A stretch of 64,000 nt of DNA from assembly GCA_013265495.1 (NCBI GenBank), contig MU057487.1, forward strand, positions 124,001 through 188,000, given 5' to 3'. A program made the translations under genes and the position numbers. The notes beneath the pieces were generated by a model. It was not told the DNA's origin and did not search any database. It saw only the letters and a list, made by a program, of their open reading frames with translations. Positions 24,321 through 37,620 of the stretch are shown here, one piece after another. The stretch comes from Vicugna vicugna. Lineage: Eukaryota. Positions within the stretch are counted from its first letter, which is position 1. Every line of letters starts with the position of its first letter.

Positions 24321-27300
24321 TGGCTCCTGCCCAACAAGTCTATCAAATCCTATTCGATTTTAGAGTTTTATTTTCCTGCAAGGCATCCTAGACATGTAGT
24401 TTTGGAATTGAAGAAACAGGCCCAAGTAGAGTGACTTGTTTACCTCCCTAAATTGTAGGACAAGCATATCTCTTAACTGGGTGCAGCGGGCTTCCTATTA
24501 GGTCATATGTAGGAGGAAACGGGGCAGCTTTCGTTGAACCTTTGATGATCAGGTCTTCCTGCTGGCTAACTCACTGTGCCCGTGTCCTGTGACTTGGTGC
24601 CTAGATTCTTGTAGGGCTCTATCTCCGCCGGGACTGAGCTCAGCCCCGCAGGATTCGGGCGTCGCGAATCTTTTCTGGAGCCCTGGCGCAGCAGCCCGCC
24701 AGGGTCTGCTTCTGTGAGCGACTGCGGTCCTCCACGCAGACCATAGCAGCGGGGTTGTCACCATAGGGAAAGGCGACCCGATATGGTTGGAAAGGTGGCT
24801 TGAAGGACTGAGGATTGAAAGAGTATCATACGGCCATGATCAAAGAATTGGCGCCCATACTCCCGCTACTGCCACCACACCTTGGTCTAACGCCAAGGAA
24901 CAGAAAGGACAGTGATTCCGAGTGCTGGGTAGTTGGTGTCCCTCACCCCCTCCCCTCTACCCCAGTGTCCGTCCTGTGGACTCCTGTCCAGTCCTAACAC
25001 AAGAGAAGGGTAAAGAGAAGATGGCTGTAATACTGGCCTTGCCGGTGGGAGCAGACACAGGAAAACACGGTTTTGTAATCCTTTTTGTGACTAGGTGTTT
25101 ACCCACAACTGGTAAGTCTTGGGAATGATAGATCACACATAGTTTGTCATGCTGAGAAATGGCTCTTAGGTTTTAAGATTTTAAAGAAAGATTAAAAAAA
25201 AAAGCTGAGAATGGAACTTAAATTATTATCTTTTTATTTTGCTAAAAAAGATGGTAAAAAAATTGTATCACTCATATGAGTGCCTCATTTCCTAAATGAA
25301 AGGAGATTTTAACACCAATTATTAGCAAGGACATAATCACCTACTAAAGGTTAGTTCTTTGAATAAATAAATTTAGCTTTTTGAAAAATTCAGTCTGTTT
25401 TTCTTATTTTGTCTAATTTGGCTGCAGATGGGCCACGTTCCTTCATCCAGAATTTGAGAGTCTCTGTCCAGAGAACTGGACAGAATAGATAATGAAGCAG
25501 GCAGGTGACCCTGTTGGAGAAGGTTCAGGTACTGCTACACTTGCCCTACTCTGATCACTGTCCCAGGCTGAGTCACAAGTCTTTCCCGTGCCTCAGCTGC
25601 CTCCCTATAAAATGAAGGGGCTAGAACAGATGATCTCTAAAGCCCTTTCCAGCTTTAAAAAATCTCATGATTCCATGTTTATACTTACTGAAACCTGGGG
25701 CTTTCTAAGTCACCTAGCTGACACTGGGTCATCCCTCACCCCCTCAAGCTGAGTTTTCAGGCTATAAACCTCGCAGTCCTCTTTGCCCCCTCCACCTCAA
25801 TAATTTTCCATATCCAAGCAATAAAAAATGAAATGAAATAAAAAAACCCTTCTTATCATTTTCCACAATTTTCCTGTTACCATCCTAGGCAAATTTGAAC
25901 TTCTGCTGTTGCCTTACCAGTCTTTCCTCCTCCAGTGCTTCCTACCTCAAACATACCACCAGGATGTTCTTCCTAAGACATCCATTTCATCTTACCATTT
26001 CTCTGTTCATATATCTATGATGGTTATCTAATGCTCATGGGGTAAAGTTTCAACTCCTGTCTTCAGTTGCTTGAAGAAAATCTTTCATTCTCACCTGATT
26101 AGTTTCCTTCTTTTCTCCATCAAACCCTATACACAGTTCAATTCTGAGTCACCTGTGCTCATGCTCACGCCTGAACTTCCTCCCTCTTAGCTGTGCAGCT
26201 CAGATCCCGCGTCCTCCGTGAGGGCTTCTGTAGTACTACCTACTTGCAGCACTTTGATGTGTGCTTCACGCCACTGTTGCCTGCTTCACAGCTGTATGTC
26301 TGCTTACAGATCATCTCCAAACCCAAGGAAGCGTGTTTTCCTGTTGTATCTCCCTTCAGTATCTAGCGTACCGCCATGTACGTTGTAGATGCTTAATGAT
26401 TATTTGTCATTTTTGAAACAAAATGTGTGCTTTTCTCATTTCATCGTATTCCCATTTACGTTTTCTGTCCCATGGTCCAATTCCTCAAGGAATCTTCTCT
26501 TTTAAGAAGATGTATCTTAAACTTTAGTGACAAGCAGAGAGAATGCCAGGAATCACAGGTTTCCTCAGATATGCTCTCTTCTCTACCATAGTGTATTTAA
26601 CATGGACTTGCAGAGCAAAGCTATTATCTGTGTGGCTTAACCACCCAGAGGCATGATAACAACCCTGGGAATTTAAAATAAAAAAGAAAGAAAAGGCAGT
26701 ACTAAGTTCGATCTACCAACAGCCCTAAAAAAGGAGGGCCTTGCAGCACCTCAGGTCACACGCTGCAGGCCGTCTTACAGAGGCTTAGACAAGGCATAGC
26801 TCCTAGTGGCTTTTTCTAGAGGCCATTCTCAAGGTGGGGAAGGTGTAGGAACCAAAAGATTAAAAATAACACCGAAAGTATAAGTACAAAGCCTGGACCC
26901 AGACTAGACCGTAAGAGAGAGAAGTGTCAGAGAATGCAAATTCAGCTGCTGAAGGATGCAAATTCACCAACCAGACAAATTGCTCTTCCCTTTGTTCAAT
27001 GTCAGGCAAGTAGCATCACTGTTAAAGTAGGTTTTCTTTCCCAGTTAGACCAGCCTGCACTCAGGTAGCCCAGGGACCAAAGCAACAGACAAGTCAGGAC
27101 TGAAGTTTAAGTCATGTGCTAATTAAGGAAAGCGTCATTGGCCTGAGACAAGTGTGAGAGGGTTGGGGCTGATTTGCAGCTGTGAAATCATGGGACAATC
27201 AGAATTACCAGCTGGACTGCGGTGGGGAATACCATTCCTCTTTTAGGATATGCTCCTAAGGAATTGTAAGAGAGAAAGAGCCAGCTTGAATCACCTAATT

Positions 27301-27404
27301 GCCAGAGGTTAGAATCTAATAGCTGTAATTATATTTCCTGTGTAAAAGAATATGACAAATAATATATAATTATAAGGTAATTTATTTTTAAATGTTCTTA
27401 TTTT

Positions 27405-27592
27405 ACATTTTTATTGAAGTATAATTTACAATATTGTGCTAATTTCAGGTGTCCAGCAAAGTGATTCAGTTATTTTTTTCAGATTATTTCCGTTATAGAT
27501 TATTATAAGTTATTGAACATAGTTCTCTGTGCTGTACAGTAAATCCTTATTGCTCATCTATTTTATGTATAGTAGTTTGTATCTGTTAATCT
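27405..27592 (-). mobile_element. Short 5'-truncated L1 3' end (younger, artiodactyl-type)
   Basis: Contains ttttattgaagtata..tttacaatattgtg..tttcaggtgt..gtgattcagtta...ctgtgctgtacagta...tattttatgtatagtagtttgtatctgttaatc. Confidence 0.75.
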
Positions 27593-28705
27593 GTAAACAA
27601 CCTGTGAACTCTTCCATAAATATATTGATAGCTCTCCCACCAACATATTTTTCTGAGTCTTTTGTTTTGTGTGTGTCATTTTCTTTTTTAAATTTATTTT
27701 TACATTTTAAACGGTAATTTAGAAACAGCCTGCCAAGAGTAATGTTCGTAGCCCCAAGTCATGCAGTTTTACATCAAGGGAATATGTACCAAGGCAGCTT
27801 GGGATGTTGGGGAAAGGAGAAGACCCAGGTTTTGTTCCTATGACCATGGACTTGTTATAGAACATTGTTAATAATATCTATCATGTGCATTTCAATATTT
27901 CACAATTTGAGTTATTATAATCAGATCCATTAATATAGTCCCTAGCATACAGAATATATGTCTATTGACCAAATAAAGGAACAAATGAATAATTCTATTT
28001 CCCAAAAGGCTGGGAAACATGTTAATATTTATATTTTAGGTAGCTACCACTAGGTGGAACTAGTTTGTGCATGAGCAGATAAGCAGGTGGCTTTCTCTCA
28101 GGTGGGGTAATAATGATGCCTTAATCAACTGTCTACAAATGTATATGTAACTGTTAATCTAACAGCACATCTTGGGGATGATATTTAATTTTTATGTATA
28201 AGTGTCATATTATTCAAAGAAATTTGATATAGATCAGACCAGTTTTAATCTACCCACTATATGGACTCACTGTTCAGCCCTCAGACTCACTGTGCTCTCT
28301 ATTCAATTTCAATGATAGCAAAGTCTAATACAGACAAGCACATTGTTCCTAAGTTGTTATTTAGCTCTAGCCAATAGCTGTTATAACTCGAAAATGAAAG
28401 AAACTGGGTTACCACTTTACTTTTTAAAGCTTCTGAAAATCTAGATAATTGGGTTAAAGTCACATAGTGTCGTTTTCATGATTTTTGAAGACCTGTGTGG
28501 GGAAGAAAACAACAATCACAAAAAGCCTCTGTCTTCAGCAACGCTTGTTTTAGTGACTCATCCAAAAGATGATAAAAGAGACGTGCATACTTGTTCTATG
28601 GTAGCCTAATTTCCAAACCATTTGAATCTCACTTTCCTTTGAAACTATGTGTCCTGTACTCAAATGCTGGCTTAATTGTCTGTTAGTTGTTAATCCTTGG
28701 GTGAG

Positions 28706-29047
28706 TGCTACAGAGTGAATGTCTGTGTCCCTCCAGCATTCATATATTGAAACATAACCCCCAAGGTGATGGTATTAGATGTTGGGGGAATTTAGGAGGT
28801 GATTAAAGCATGAGGGCAGAGCTCTCATAAGTGGGATTAGTGTTCTTGTAAAAGAGTCCCTACAGAGGTCTCCTTACTCCTTCCACCAAGTGAGGGTACA
28901 GGGAAGTGGGGTCTGCCAGACATGGAATCTGCCAGAGCCATGATCTTGTACTTCCCAGCCTCCAGGACTGTGAGAAATAAATGCCTGCTACTTATAAGTC
29001 ACTCAGTCTGTGGTATTTCATTATAACAGCCCCAAAAGGCTAAGCAA
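28706..29047 (+). mobile_element. MLT1A-like solo LTR
   Basis: TG...CA ends; ccccaaggtgatggtattag, cttcccagcctccaggactgtgagaaataaat, tgtggtattt. Confidence 0.8.
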
Positions 29048-29066
29048 GTAAGATATTTAGCCTCTC

Positions 29067-29618
29067 TGTAGGTGGCACATAGACTCTAAGATGACCCCCA
29101 ATGACCCATGTCTCCTGGTACGCATGCTTTTGTGTGACCGTCCCATGAGTGTGAGCAGGAGCTGTGACTTTCTTCTAACCAATAGAATATGTCAAAGGAA
29201 TTGGTCTATCACTTCCCCAATTAGGTTGCAAAAGACTGTGACTTCTGTCTTATTGGCAGACTGTCCCCCTTGCTGGCTTTAGTGAAACAGTTCATCACGT
29301 TGGGGAGGCCCATGTGGCATGGAACTGAGGGGGTCCAGTGGAAGAGCCAGCTAAGAACTGAGGACCTCAATTCAGTGCCCCAAAGGAATAGAATCTTGCC
29401 AACAACCATGTGCATGAGATTGGAAGCAGATCTTTCCCCACGCAGGCCTTCAGATGAGACCTGAGCCCTAGGCAACCTTGATTGCATATATATGAGAGAC
29501 CCTGAAGCAGAGGCACCATTAAGCCATGCACTGACCCATAGAAAATGTGACGTTGTAGGTGTTCATAAGACACGAAGTTTGTGGTCAATTGTTACGTAGC
29601 AATGGATAACTAATATAC
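29067..29618 (+). mobile_element. MLT1E/F-like solo LTR
   Basis: Contains ctctaagatgacccccaatgaccc...gaactgagg...cttcagatgaga...aagtttgtggt...gttacgtagcaatggataactaat. Confidence 0.75.
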
Positions 29619-30727
29619 CACACCTTACCTTTCTCATCTTTAAGATGGGAAAGATAATATCACTGCCCACCCCTACCTCCAACATAGGCTGTTGTTAAAC
29701 TTACATGAGTTCATCCACGTAAAGTGCTTAGAACAATGCTCGGCACATATGAGCACTCTGTCATATTGGGCACTTTTTCCTCAGGCAGATCCTAGAAGTG
29801 AAGTCGGGCATCTTAGCCAGGAAGGTGTAGTAGCAGGAGCTGAAAGAGCTGTTTCAGTACTGCTTCAAGTCCAAGTGACAAATTATGACATCATGTTGGA
29901 CAGAGGAAAACGTGTTCCCACTTGTGTATGACCATGGGGAAACCCTGCTGAAGAGCCTGACAGAGCGGCAGGGGCACCTGTGGGAGCCAGGGGAGCCTTG
30001 TCCTCACGGAGGGCGCTGGGTGTTGTGGAAGAACCAAGGCAGAAGATCACCAGTGGATTTATTCCTGAGCATGTGTGACAAACTCCCTGTGAAAACCCAG
30101 AAACAACTGAGCTAGCCTGAGACACGAGCCTGTGCGGGGCAGTGAGTCCTACCATGAAGATGTGTCGCTGAATCCTTCCATTAAGCCTTGTAGTGCCAGT
30201 CTGGTAACCACCAAATGGCCCAGAGGTGGGTCTGTTGTCTACCTTGTTCATTTCCTTATCCCCCAGAACCTGGGGGACTATGATATAGTTGATGTTAAAT
30301 AAATGTTTGCTAAAAGACAGTGTTACCCCAATAACAGTACATTGTTATTATTTCATACTTCGAGATGGCAGCACAGTTTTTACAGATTTTTCTCTTGCCT
30401 GACCTTACATTTTGAGAATCAAGGAAAGAGGATGCATAAAGATATTGGGCTAGAACCTCACCTGCCCACAGCTATCTTGGCTCATTTCTGGGAACAGGAG
30501 TGAGCTGGTCCTCAGGACCAGTGGATTAGTTTTCAGTGAAATGTCTGAGGTGGCAAGTCGAGTTACTCTGTCTTGCTAAGACAGAATTTATTTCCTGAGT
30601 AAATAAATTAACCAGCATTACTTCCATTTCTCTTTAATTGTACAAATGATTCAGAGTGTGTTCAGAATATAGAAGATGGGGCTGGAGGAAAGACGTGCAT
30701 CAGCAAATCAAAATAAGTTTGAGTTGT

Positions 30728-30839
30728 GGTGGGGAGGGTATAGCTCAGTGGTAGAGTTCATGCTTAGCATGCACCAGGTCCTGGGTTCAATCCCCAGTAC
30801 CTCCACTTAAAAAATACATAAATAAATAAATAGACCTAG
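30728..30839 (+). mobile_element. tRNA-derived SINE (vic-1-like)
   Basis: GGGGAGGGTATAGCTCAGTGGTAGAG...GGTCCTGGGTTCAATCCCCAGTACCTCC plus a (TAAA)n tail. Degenerate TSD taagtttgagttg / taagtgtgagctg. Confidence 0.9.
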
Positions 30840-32418
30840 TAAGTGTGAGCTGATATGGATGATCACTTAGGAAGGTCGGCAGGGATGTGGGAAAGGCCTC
30901 CCATAGGAGAGGCTCTATCGTATAAATATGGAAGGTGAAAATGCAGACTTGGGGATGTTTTCCCATGAAAAGAAGAATTAAATGTCTTTCAGAGTGTAGA
31001 TAAGAGAACAGTAAGACCTAGAAAACAAGAGTGGTCCTTTCTAATTCTCTCCTCCAGGATTCAAAGGATTAAAGGGTGAACATGTTCTCCATTCCTATCA
31101 GATACAAAGCTGAAGCTAGTGTCTGGCAAATGGCCTCCTGGTTCCTCTCTGGACCGACTCTCCTTTCAGGAAAACTAACTCTAGCAGAGAACGTGTCTTC
31201 TTGTCTTCTTCAAGGTTGGAAAGTCGGAGGTCCACACAGCTGTCTGAAGGACAAGTCCTCTGGGTGGGACACCAAATTATTAGTGTGCTTCTCTGATGAC
31301 TGTGAGGGCTTCTAGAATCACCTATCAAAAGACAAATAGCCCTGGACTGGGCAGTAATTTACTTAGAAGGATGATGGACAGCTGGTAGCAGAAGAAGATG
31401 GGAAGCATGGGAGTGGGAGAGTCTCAGGGCCTCAGGATGGTGAAAGGATGAAAAGGGGAGGTGGAGGCCTTCAAATGTAGCTCTGAAAGTTTACATCCTA
31501 CTTGTTTTACCTGTAGACTCTGGTGAGTGTCTAAATCTTTCACCCAATGATCCTAAGTCGAGGTTGGCATCTGTTTCTTTTTTTCATACGAACTGCACAT
31601 TAGATGTGGTGTAATCAGACCTGCATAGGGAATAATTCTGACATCATCATCCTCAATTTTCCTTGATGTCGCTAGGCAAAGTTCATTCCATGTAGAAATT
31701 TTATTGAGTTTATGGACACAAAGGAAGAACCAAAGTTAATTACCCTTGATATCCTTTTCAAGGAAATCCTGGAGCTAGCTTCACTGGCATTTTATGTTTC
31801 CCCAAGGCATTATGGTTTTTCATTTCACCCATGTTGTGTAAGTAGAAAGGATAGTAAAATCAATTTGTGAGCCAGGACCCGGCTATAGGACCTGACTCCT
31901 ACACACTGTGATTGGATTAACAAGATACAGAAAACAAACACACTTGTTAAGAAACTAAATTAACCCTAAATTGGCATGCAGCTTACTTATCAGATGCTTA
32001 ATTTCATTTCCAGCCTGAAATGGAAAGATCTAGAGCAAGCCCACACAGGTCATTCAATAAAGCCTATGTCACTACAACTCAGATAGCTCATCATCATCAC
32101 CAGATGTCTACTCTGCGTCCAAGTCTGAGACACTCCAGAGTTGAGTGAGTCAGGCCACACCCTGATGCTGCTCACCCGAGGCTCAGCACGTCTTATGCAG
32201 AGAAACATTACAAACACCATATGCTTCTGATTCTCCCCTTCCTAGTGAGGTCACACAATAATGTTCTTTGGAGGGATAGAACTGATCTGATGTCTGAGCA
32301 CTAGAATACCTCTCAGTTGCTTCCCACATTTGGTGAAATGCTTTGAACGCTTGTTAAAGAACATAAACATTTGTGAAATAGAGGAAAGCAGGCTTCAGAA
32401 AAAGACAAAAGGCAAATC

Positions 32419-32639
32419 CAGTTGACCCCTGAACAACATGGATTTGAATTGTGTGGGTCTACCTGTACGTGATTTTTTTTTCAATAAATACAATACTACA
32501 TGATCTGAGGTTGGTTTAATTCAACGCAGATGCAGAACCGTGGATTCAGCAGGGCAACTCTGGGATTTGAGCATCTTCAGATTTTGGTATCCACAGAGGG
32601 TCGTGGAGCCAATCCCCCACGGATACCAAGGGGCAACTG
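32419..32639. mobile_element. Tigger2/MER8-like TcMar-Tigger MITE
   Basis: TIRs CAGTTGACCCCTG...AAGGGGCAACTG; internal ggattttggtatcc-like motif and ccaatcccccacggatacc. Confidence 0.8.
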
Positions 32640-35600
32640 CAGCACTTTTCAGGGCTGGCCTTAATGCAAAGTACATCAAAGTAAATGCATCTTATCTAAA
32701 TGTTGTACAAACTCATGGTTAAGAGGGCCCTGATTTGTCATAATATAAACAGTAACATTAAATCATCTTTGAGTCTGACCTAGATGTTTGAGAAAATGTG
32801 GATCTCAGGATCAGAGATGGGGGGTGGATGATAAAAGAACTGGCTGAGGGGGGACCTGGTCAAGAAAGTCTTCTCTATTCCCTGTGGGCCCCTGAGGCAC
32901 AAGCAAACCTGGGAATATCCACAGTAACTTCCAGCCTTAGCCAGACTTCACTTCAGTAACGGCAGGTGCGCTGAGCCAGAAGGGATGGATCTGGTCACAC
33001 CAGGTCAGGAAAAATATCCTTACTTTCAACCCCCTGTTCTTGCTTCCTCCGTTGAAGCCCAGACGTGGACACCACTGTTTTTCTTTGCTATTTTCACCAG
33101 CAGAGACAAGTCCTTCTCCTCAAAACAGTCAGGTGAATCCATCTTGATAAATACAATTGAACTAAGCTAATTTTAGGTGAAGAGCCCCTTACGTTTGTTT
33201 GTACAATACATTTTAAATTATGTCACACTGTTTTTATAACCAATTATTGTAACTTCACTATCAGTCTTGTGAGTTACTCAAGTTATTCCTACTTAGCACT
33301 TGGGGAAATTGGGACACAGTATTCAAGCAAGCTCTACCTCCAGGTCTCACAACACAGAAAGTAGAGCTGGGACCCCTGATTCTGTATTTGCCCTCTGTCA
33401 GGAACAAGACGAGCAAATAGGTGGGACCTTAGAGATGATTAACGTGTCATTTTATAAATGAAGCAGACACTGAATGTTCATCGAAGGTCATGGTGTTAAT
33501 CATTGCAAAATCAGAGCAGCTGGAACTCGGCCAACCTACTGTCTGACACCCTTACCACCTGGATGCAGCACTTTGCATTAAAAAGAGCAACATACTGTGT
33601 GGAATTGATGCGTCCTTTTTCAGAGTGTTTAGAAGGTTTTCTTTCTGCAGTTGTGCAGCTCACAACCAGCAGTTCCACACAAGGGCCCAGGATGCCCCAC
33701 TTCTGCATAGTCGCTGCACATTATATGCTATACAGGCTGATAAAAGATGGAATCTCTTTATATAAGTGAAATGATAACTTCTCAGGGTGGCAATGAAATC
33801 ATCGTTTAAAACTTCCAGTCTCTGTGTACAAGGAAAGAAGAGGAAAAAGGAATTACCCATTTTGGAGATTTTGGTGACGAAAAGATCAGGAGCTAGGTCC
33901 TGAATCCACCCTATAGGGCAAGGAGGTTGAGTGGAATGGGAAAGATACCCATTGTGATTGTGGGGTAAGTAGATCCTGGAAGGGGACCAAAAAAATCACT
34001 TTCTTCATATTTTTATAGTGGTGCTCAAATTGAAGTGGATTAGAAAGATACTTGAGTTTCTAATGTTAGATTGAAAAGCACCTCAAAAAAGTCATTTCTA
34101 TTGTAATATTCTGCATTTGTGATTTAGAGAACGAGGCTTTAAGTGTCTCATTTCATTTATAAACCCATTTAAATGATAAAGCATACCATAAAAGGGTTCT
34201 ACTGTAAACCACACAGGAAAGAAATAATTTTTTTTTAAATTTAGGGAAGTATCACTTAAAGTGAAAAAGTTAACGCATTCAATACACTAAACAAAAATAA
34301 TTTCCCTTGGGTGTACACAAATAAAATTCAGCAACAATATTTAACAAGGTTTTCTAAGTGATATTATAGTTCTATACTCTGAGTAAAATTAGAAAAAATT
34401 ATTGTTAGTTAATACACACAAATTTAAAAGCAAACATTTAAAAACAGACACTAAAATTTAACCAACTTGGCATTTCATACAGAAGAACTTAGAAATGACT
34501 ATTTTTTTAATACAGGAAAAAAATCTTTGAGATCATGTTTGGAAATGAGACATTTAAGCTTAAGAAAAAAAAAATCCCACTTCTCTCACAGAAGTCAGTC
34601 CGTCCAAATTGCTTATTGGTAGTTTCTGCAATTTGTCCTGATTAACATTAGTTAAATATTTGATTAATATTAACATCAACTTTAGACTCAGAATGAGCTG
34701 AGCTGCTAACGGGGCACAAATTAAGGAATTGACTGTCATTCAGAAGTGCTGGAGGCAAGGAGAGAAAAGCAAGACAGTTGGAGTCAGTGCCTGAAACACA
34801 AACACTTTCTGGCTGCCTGGTCACAGGGAAAGGCAGGGCCAGGGCCAGTGCCAGGCCTTCTGTCCCGTGAGCTACGAGAGGCTGTGTGCTGCTTTGACCT
34901 CCCCCAACCTGCCTGCCTCTGGCTGCGTGACCCGGGCTCCCAGCCAGCTCCTTCTGGCCTGGCTCTTTCTGGCTGCCTCCTGCTCTGGCCCAAGCCAGCC
35001 TGGCCCCGGTCCCCTGGTTTGGTGGTGACCTGCTGCCTGTGGCCCTGACTCTCTTGCCTAGCATCCTGTCCTCCCTGACTTTCTTGGGAATGAAGACCAG
35101 AGGCACACTAAAAGCCTGCAGACTCTACACACCGAGAGGATGTTTCTTTTTGAAGAAAAATGACTCCATGATAACAGGACTTGTAGCATAAAACTATTAA
35201 GTACTGTGATCCTATATATGTGTCTACTACTATTTTCCCCTATGAATACATTTGCATTTTCAAGAGTTTGAAGCAAGATTATACGAAATATAATTCATGC
35301 AGTAGGCAGAGTGAAACTAAAGACAAAGAGCTCTGAAACCAGAAGGCAGTGACCATTTTGAAGAACAGATAGCAGCAATGACAGAAATTTACAGAGGTCT
35401 GTGTACCAAGCATGTTAAATATTTAAGGTTACTGTAAGACTATATGGTGAATTTGTGATAATAATGGCTCAGAAGCTCAGGACTTCAAATCTTCAGATCA
35501 AGCTGGAACTAGCCTAGAGGTGGAGAAAGTGGAATGGCAAACTGATGCCAGACATAATGGATTTCCAATTAAGATGTCAGTGGGTATGCTCGAAACCATC

Positions 35601-35740
35601 TGGGAATTTAAAAAGCAGCTTATACTGTGAGTTTCCATATTTGCCTTGGTGTCTCTGACAAATAATTATTTTTCTGCATATTTAAAAAATGTTTATAGAA
35701 TGAAGTTCTATTTTCAAAAAAATGATCGTACTTTTTTTTT

Positions 35741-36249
35741 AAGTTTTACTATTTTAGATACCTCATGTAAGTGGAATCACGCAGCATTTGTCCTGCAACT
35801 GGCTTGTTTCATTTAGCATGATGTTCTCCAGGTTATTCCTTGTTGCTGCAAATGGCAGGAATTCCTTCTTTTTGAGGCTGAATAATACTTCATTGTTTGA
35901 ATCTACCACATTTTCTTTATCCAATCCTCTGTCAATGGATATTTAAGTTTCCATCCCTTGGCTATTATGAATAATGCTCTAATGAACACCAGAGAGCAGA
36001 TATTTCTTTAATATCCTGATTTTGACTCTTTTGGGTATATGTATACCTAGAAGTGGTTTCCAAGGGCTGGGGGAGGGAAAATGGGGCTGCTCTTCAACCA
36101 GTATAAAATTTCAGTTACACTATGTGAATAAATTCTGGAATTCTGCTGAATAACATTGTGCCTATAGTTAACAGTATTATACTGTGCATTTAAAAGTTTC
36201 TTAAAACATAGGTCCCATGTTAAATGTTCTTATCACAATACAAAATAAA
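35741..36249. mobile_element. L1MA-like 3' end with 5' inversion (minus segment 35741-~36052, plus segment ~36052-36249)
   Basis: Two adjacent pieces of the L1 3' region lie in opposite orientation and end in an A-rich tail; see findings. Confidence 0.75.
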
Positions 36250-36589
36250 CTTTAACTTTCATCTTTGCAAAGGAGTTAGTCCACAGTTTCTGTATCTTCT
36301 CACTCTGGGGAGCATTACTCAGAGCCTGGGCAGAAAGATCATAGCTGAGAACTACAAAAATGGTGGACTAAATTGTTACTGAATATTTAGTAAAAATCTT
36401 TTATTATGAAAAGTAATGCAATTTGAGTTTGTTTAAATAAGAGTACTTATATGCTACATTTGTAGGAATTCCTGAACTATTAGGTTAATTGGTATAACTA
36501 AAACTAGGTTCATGATAAAAAAGATTAAAAAAAGTTTCATTAGGGAAAATTTCAAGCACATTTGAAGTAGAGAGATGACAGTGCTAAAC

Positions 36590-37620
36590 CCTCATGAGAT
36601 TCATCTATGTTGCTGTAGGTATCCATAATTCTCCCTTTTTTTTGCTGAGTAGTAAGTATTCCATTGTGTGGATACACCAGTTTGTTTAATCATCCACCTG
36701 CTTTTTTTTTTTTTTTCTTTCCAGTTTTGGGCAACTATGGTTAAAGCCTTTAAAAACATTCACATGCAGACTTCCGTGTGAACACACATTTTTAATTCAC
36801 TTAGGTAAATACCTTACAGTGTGATTGCTGAGTCACATGTTAAGTGTATGTTTAACTTTGTAAGAAACTGTCAAACTATTTTCCAGGATACCATTTGCAG
36901 CCCCAGCAGCTGTGTAGGAAAGTTCCAGTTGCTCTGCATCCTCCCCAGTATTTGTTATGGTTGCTTTTTTTTTTTTTAATTTTAGCCATTCTAATAGCTA
37001 TGCAGAAGTATCTCATCATAGTTTTAATTCACATTTCCCTAGTGAGTAATGATGTTGAGCATTTTGTCTTTCCTTATTTGCCATCCATCTCTCTTCTTTG
37101 ATGAAATATCTGCTCATTTGCCCATTTTTTAAACTGGCACTTTAAAATTAGTTTGTTTTCTTAGTACTGAGTGTTGCAAATTCTTTCTATATTCTGGAGA
37201 AAAGTCCTTCATTAGATGTGTTTTGCTGATTTTTTACTCCTAGTCCATAGCTTGTCTTTTCAGTCCCTTAAAATGTCCTTTGAACAGCAATTAAAAATTT
37301 TTTTTTGATGAAGTCCATTTTAATCTCTGGGCTCTTCCTTTTTCTTTTTTAATTCCTAAAAGTTATTTTTTTAATAAACCAGGTAGTGTGCCACGCATTG
37401 CAATTGGTTGCTGTGTCTCTTAAATCACTTTAAACCTCCAAGTTCCCCCTCTATCTTTATCTCTCTCTATTTAATTCCCTGAAGTTTATTTATTAAAGAA
37501 ACCAGGTCCTTTGTCCAAGAGGGTTTGCCTTAGTCAGGAATTTACTGATTGTTGTCTAGCTTTGTATTTCCTGTACATCGGTAATTACACCCAGATGCTA
37601 AATGCAAATCAAGGCCCATA
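36590..37620 (-). mobile_element. L1MB/MC-like fragments
   Basis: Contains gagattcatc..tgttgctg...tattccattgtgtggatacacc...gtaagaaactgtcaaactattttcca...aatgatgttgagcatttt. Confidence 0.75.

Noticed and set aside
23424..24434. Long overlapping ORFs (336, 298, 151, 131 and 108 aa) on both strands
   Set aside because: Pro/Gly/Arg/Ala-rich translations are expected from stop-poor CpG-island DNA; no recognisable domain.
28047..28060. CTCF-like motif CCACTAGGTGGAAC (and a weaker one at 16555-16568)
   Set aside because: Mismatches at informative positions; cannot be called without PWM scoring or ChIP data.
31501..31530. Plus-strand 6-nt microexon-like pattern (cctgtAG|ACTCTG|GTGAGT)
   Set aside because: No plus-strand host gene is demonstrable, and such patterns arise by chance in 64 kb.
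34648..35106. 152-aa minus ORF in a GC-rich patch
   Set aside because: No recognisable homology and a non-ATG start; more likely GC-rich non-coding DNA.
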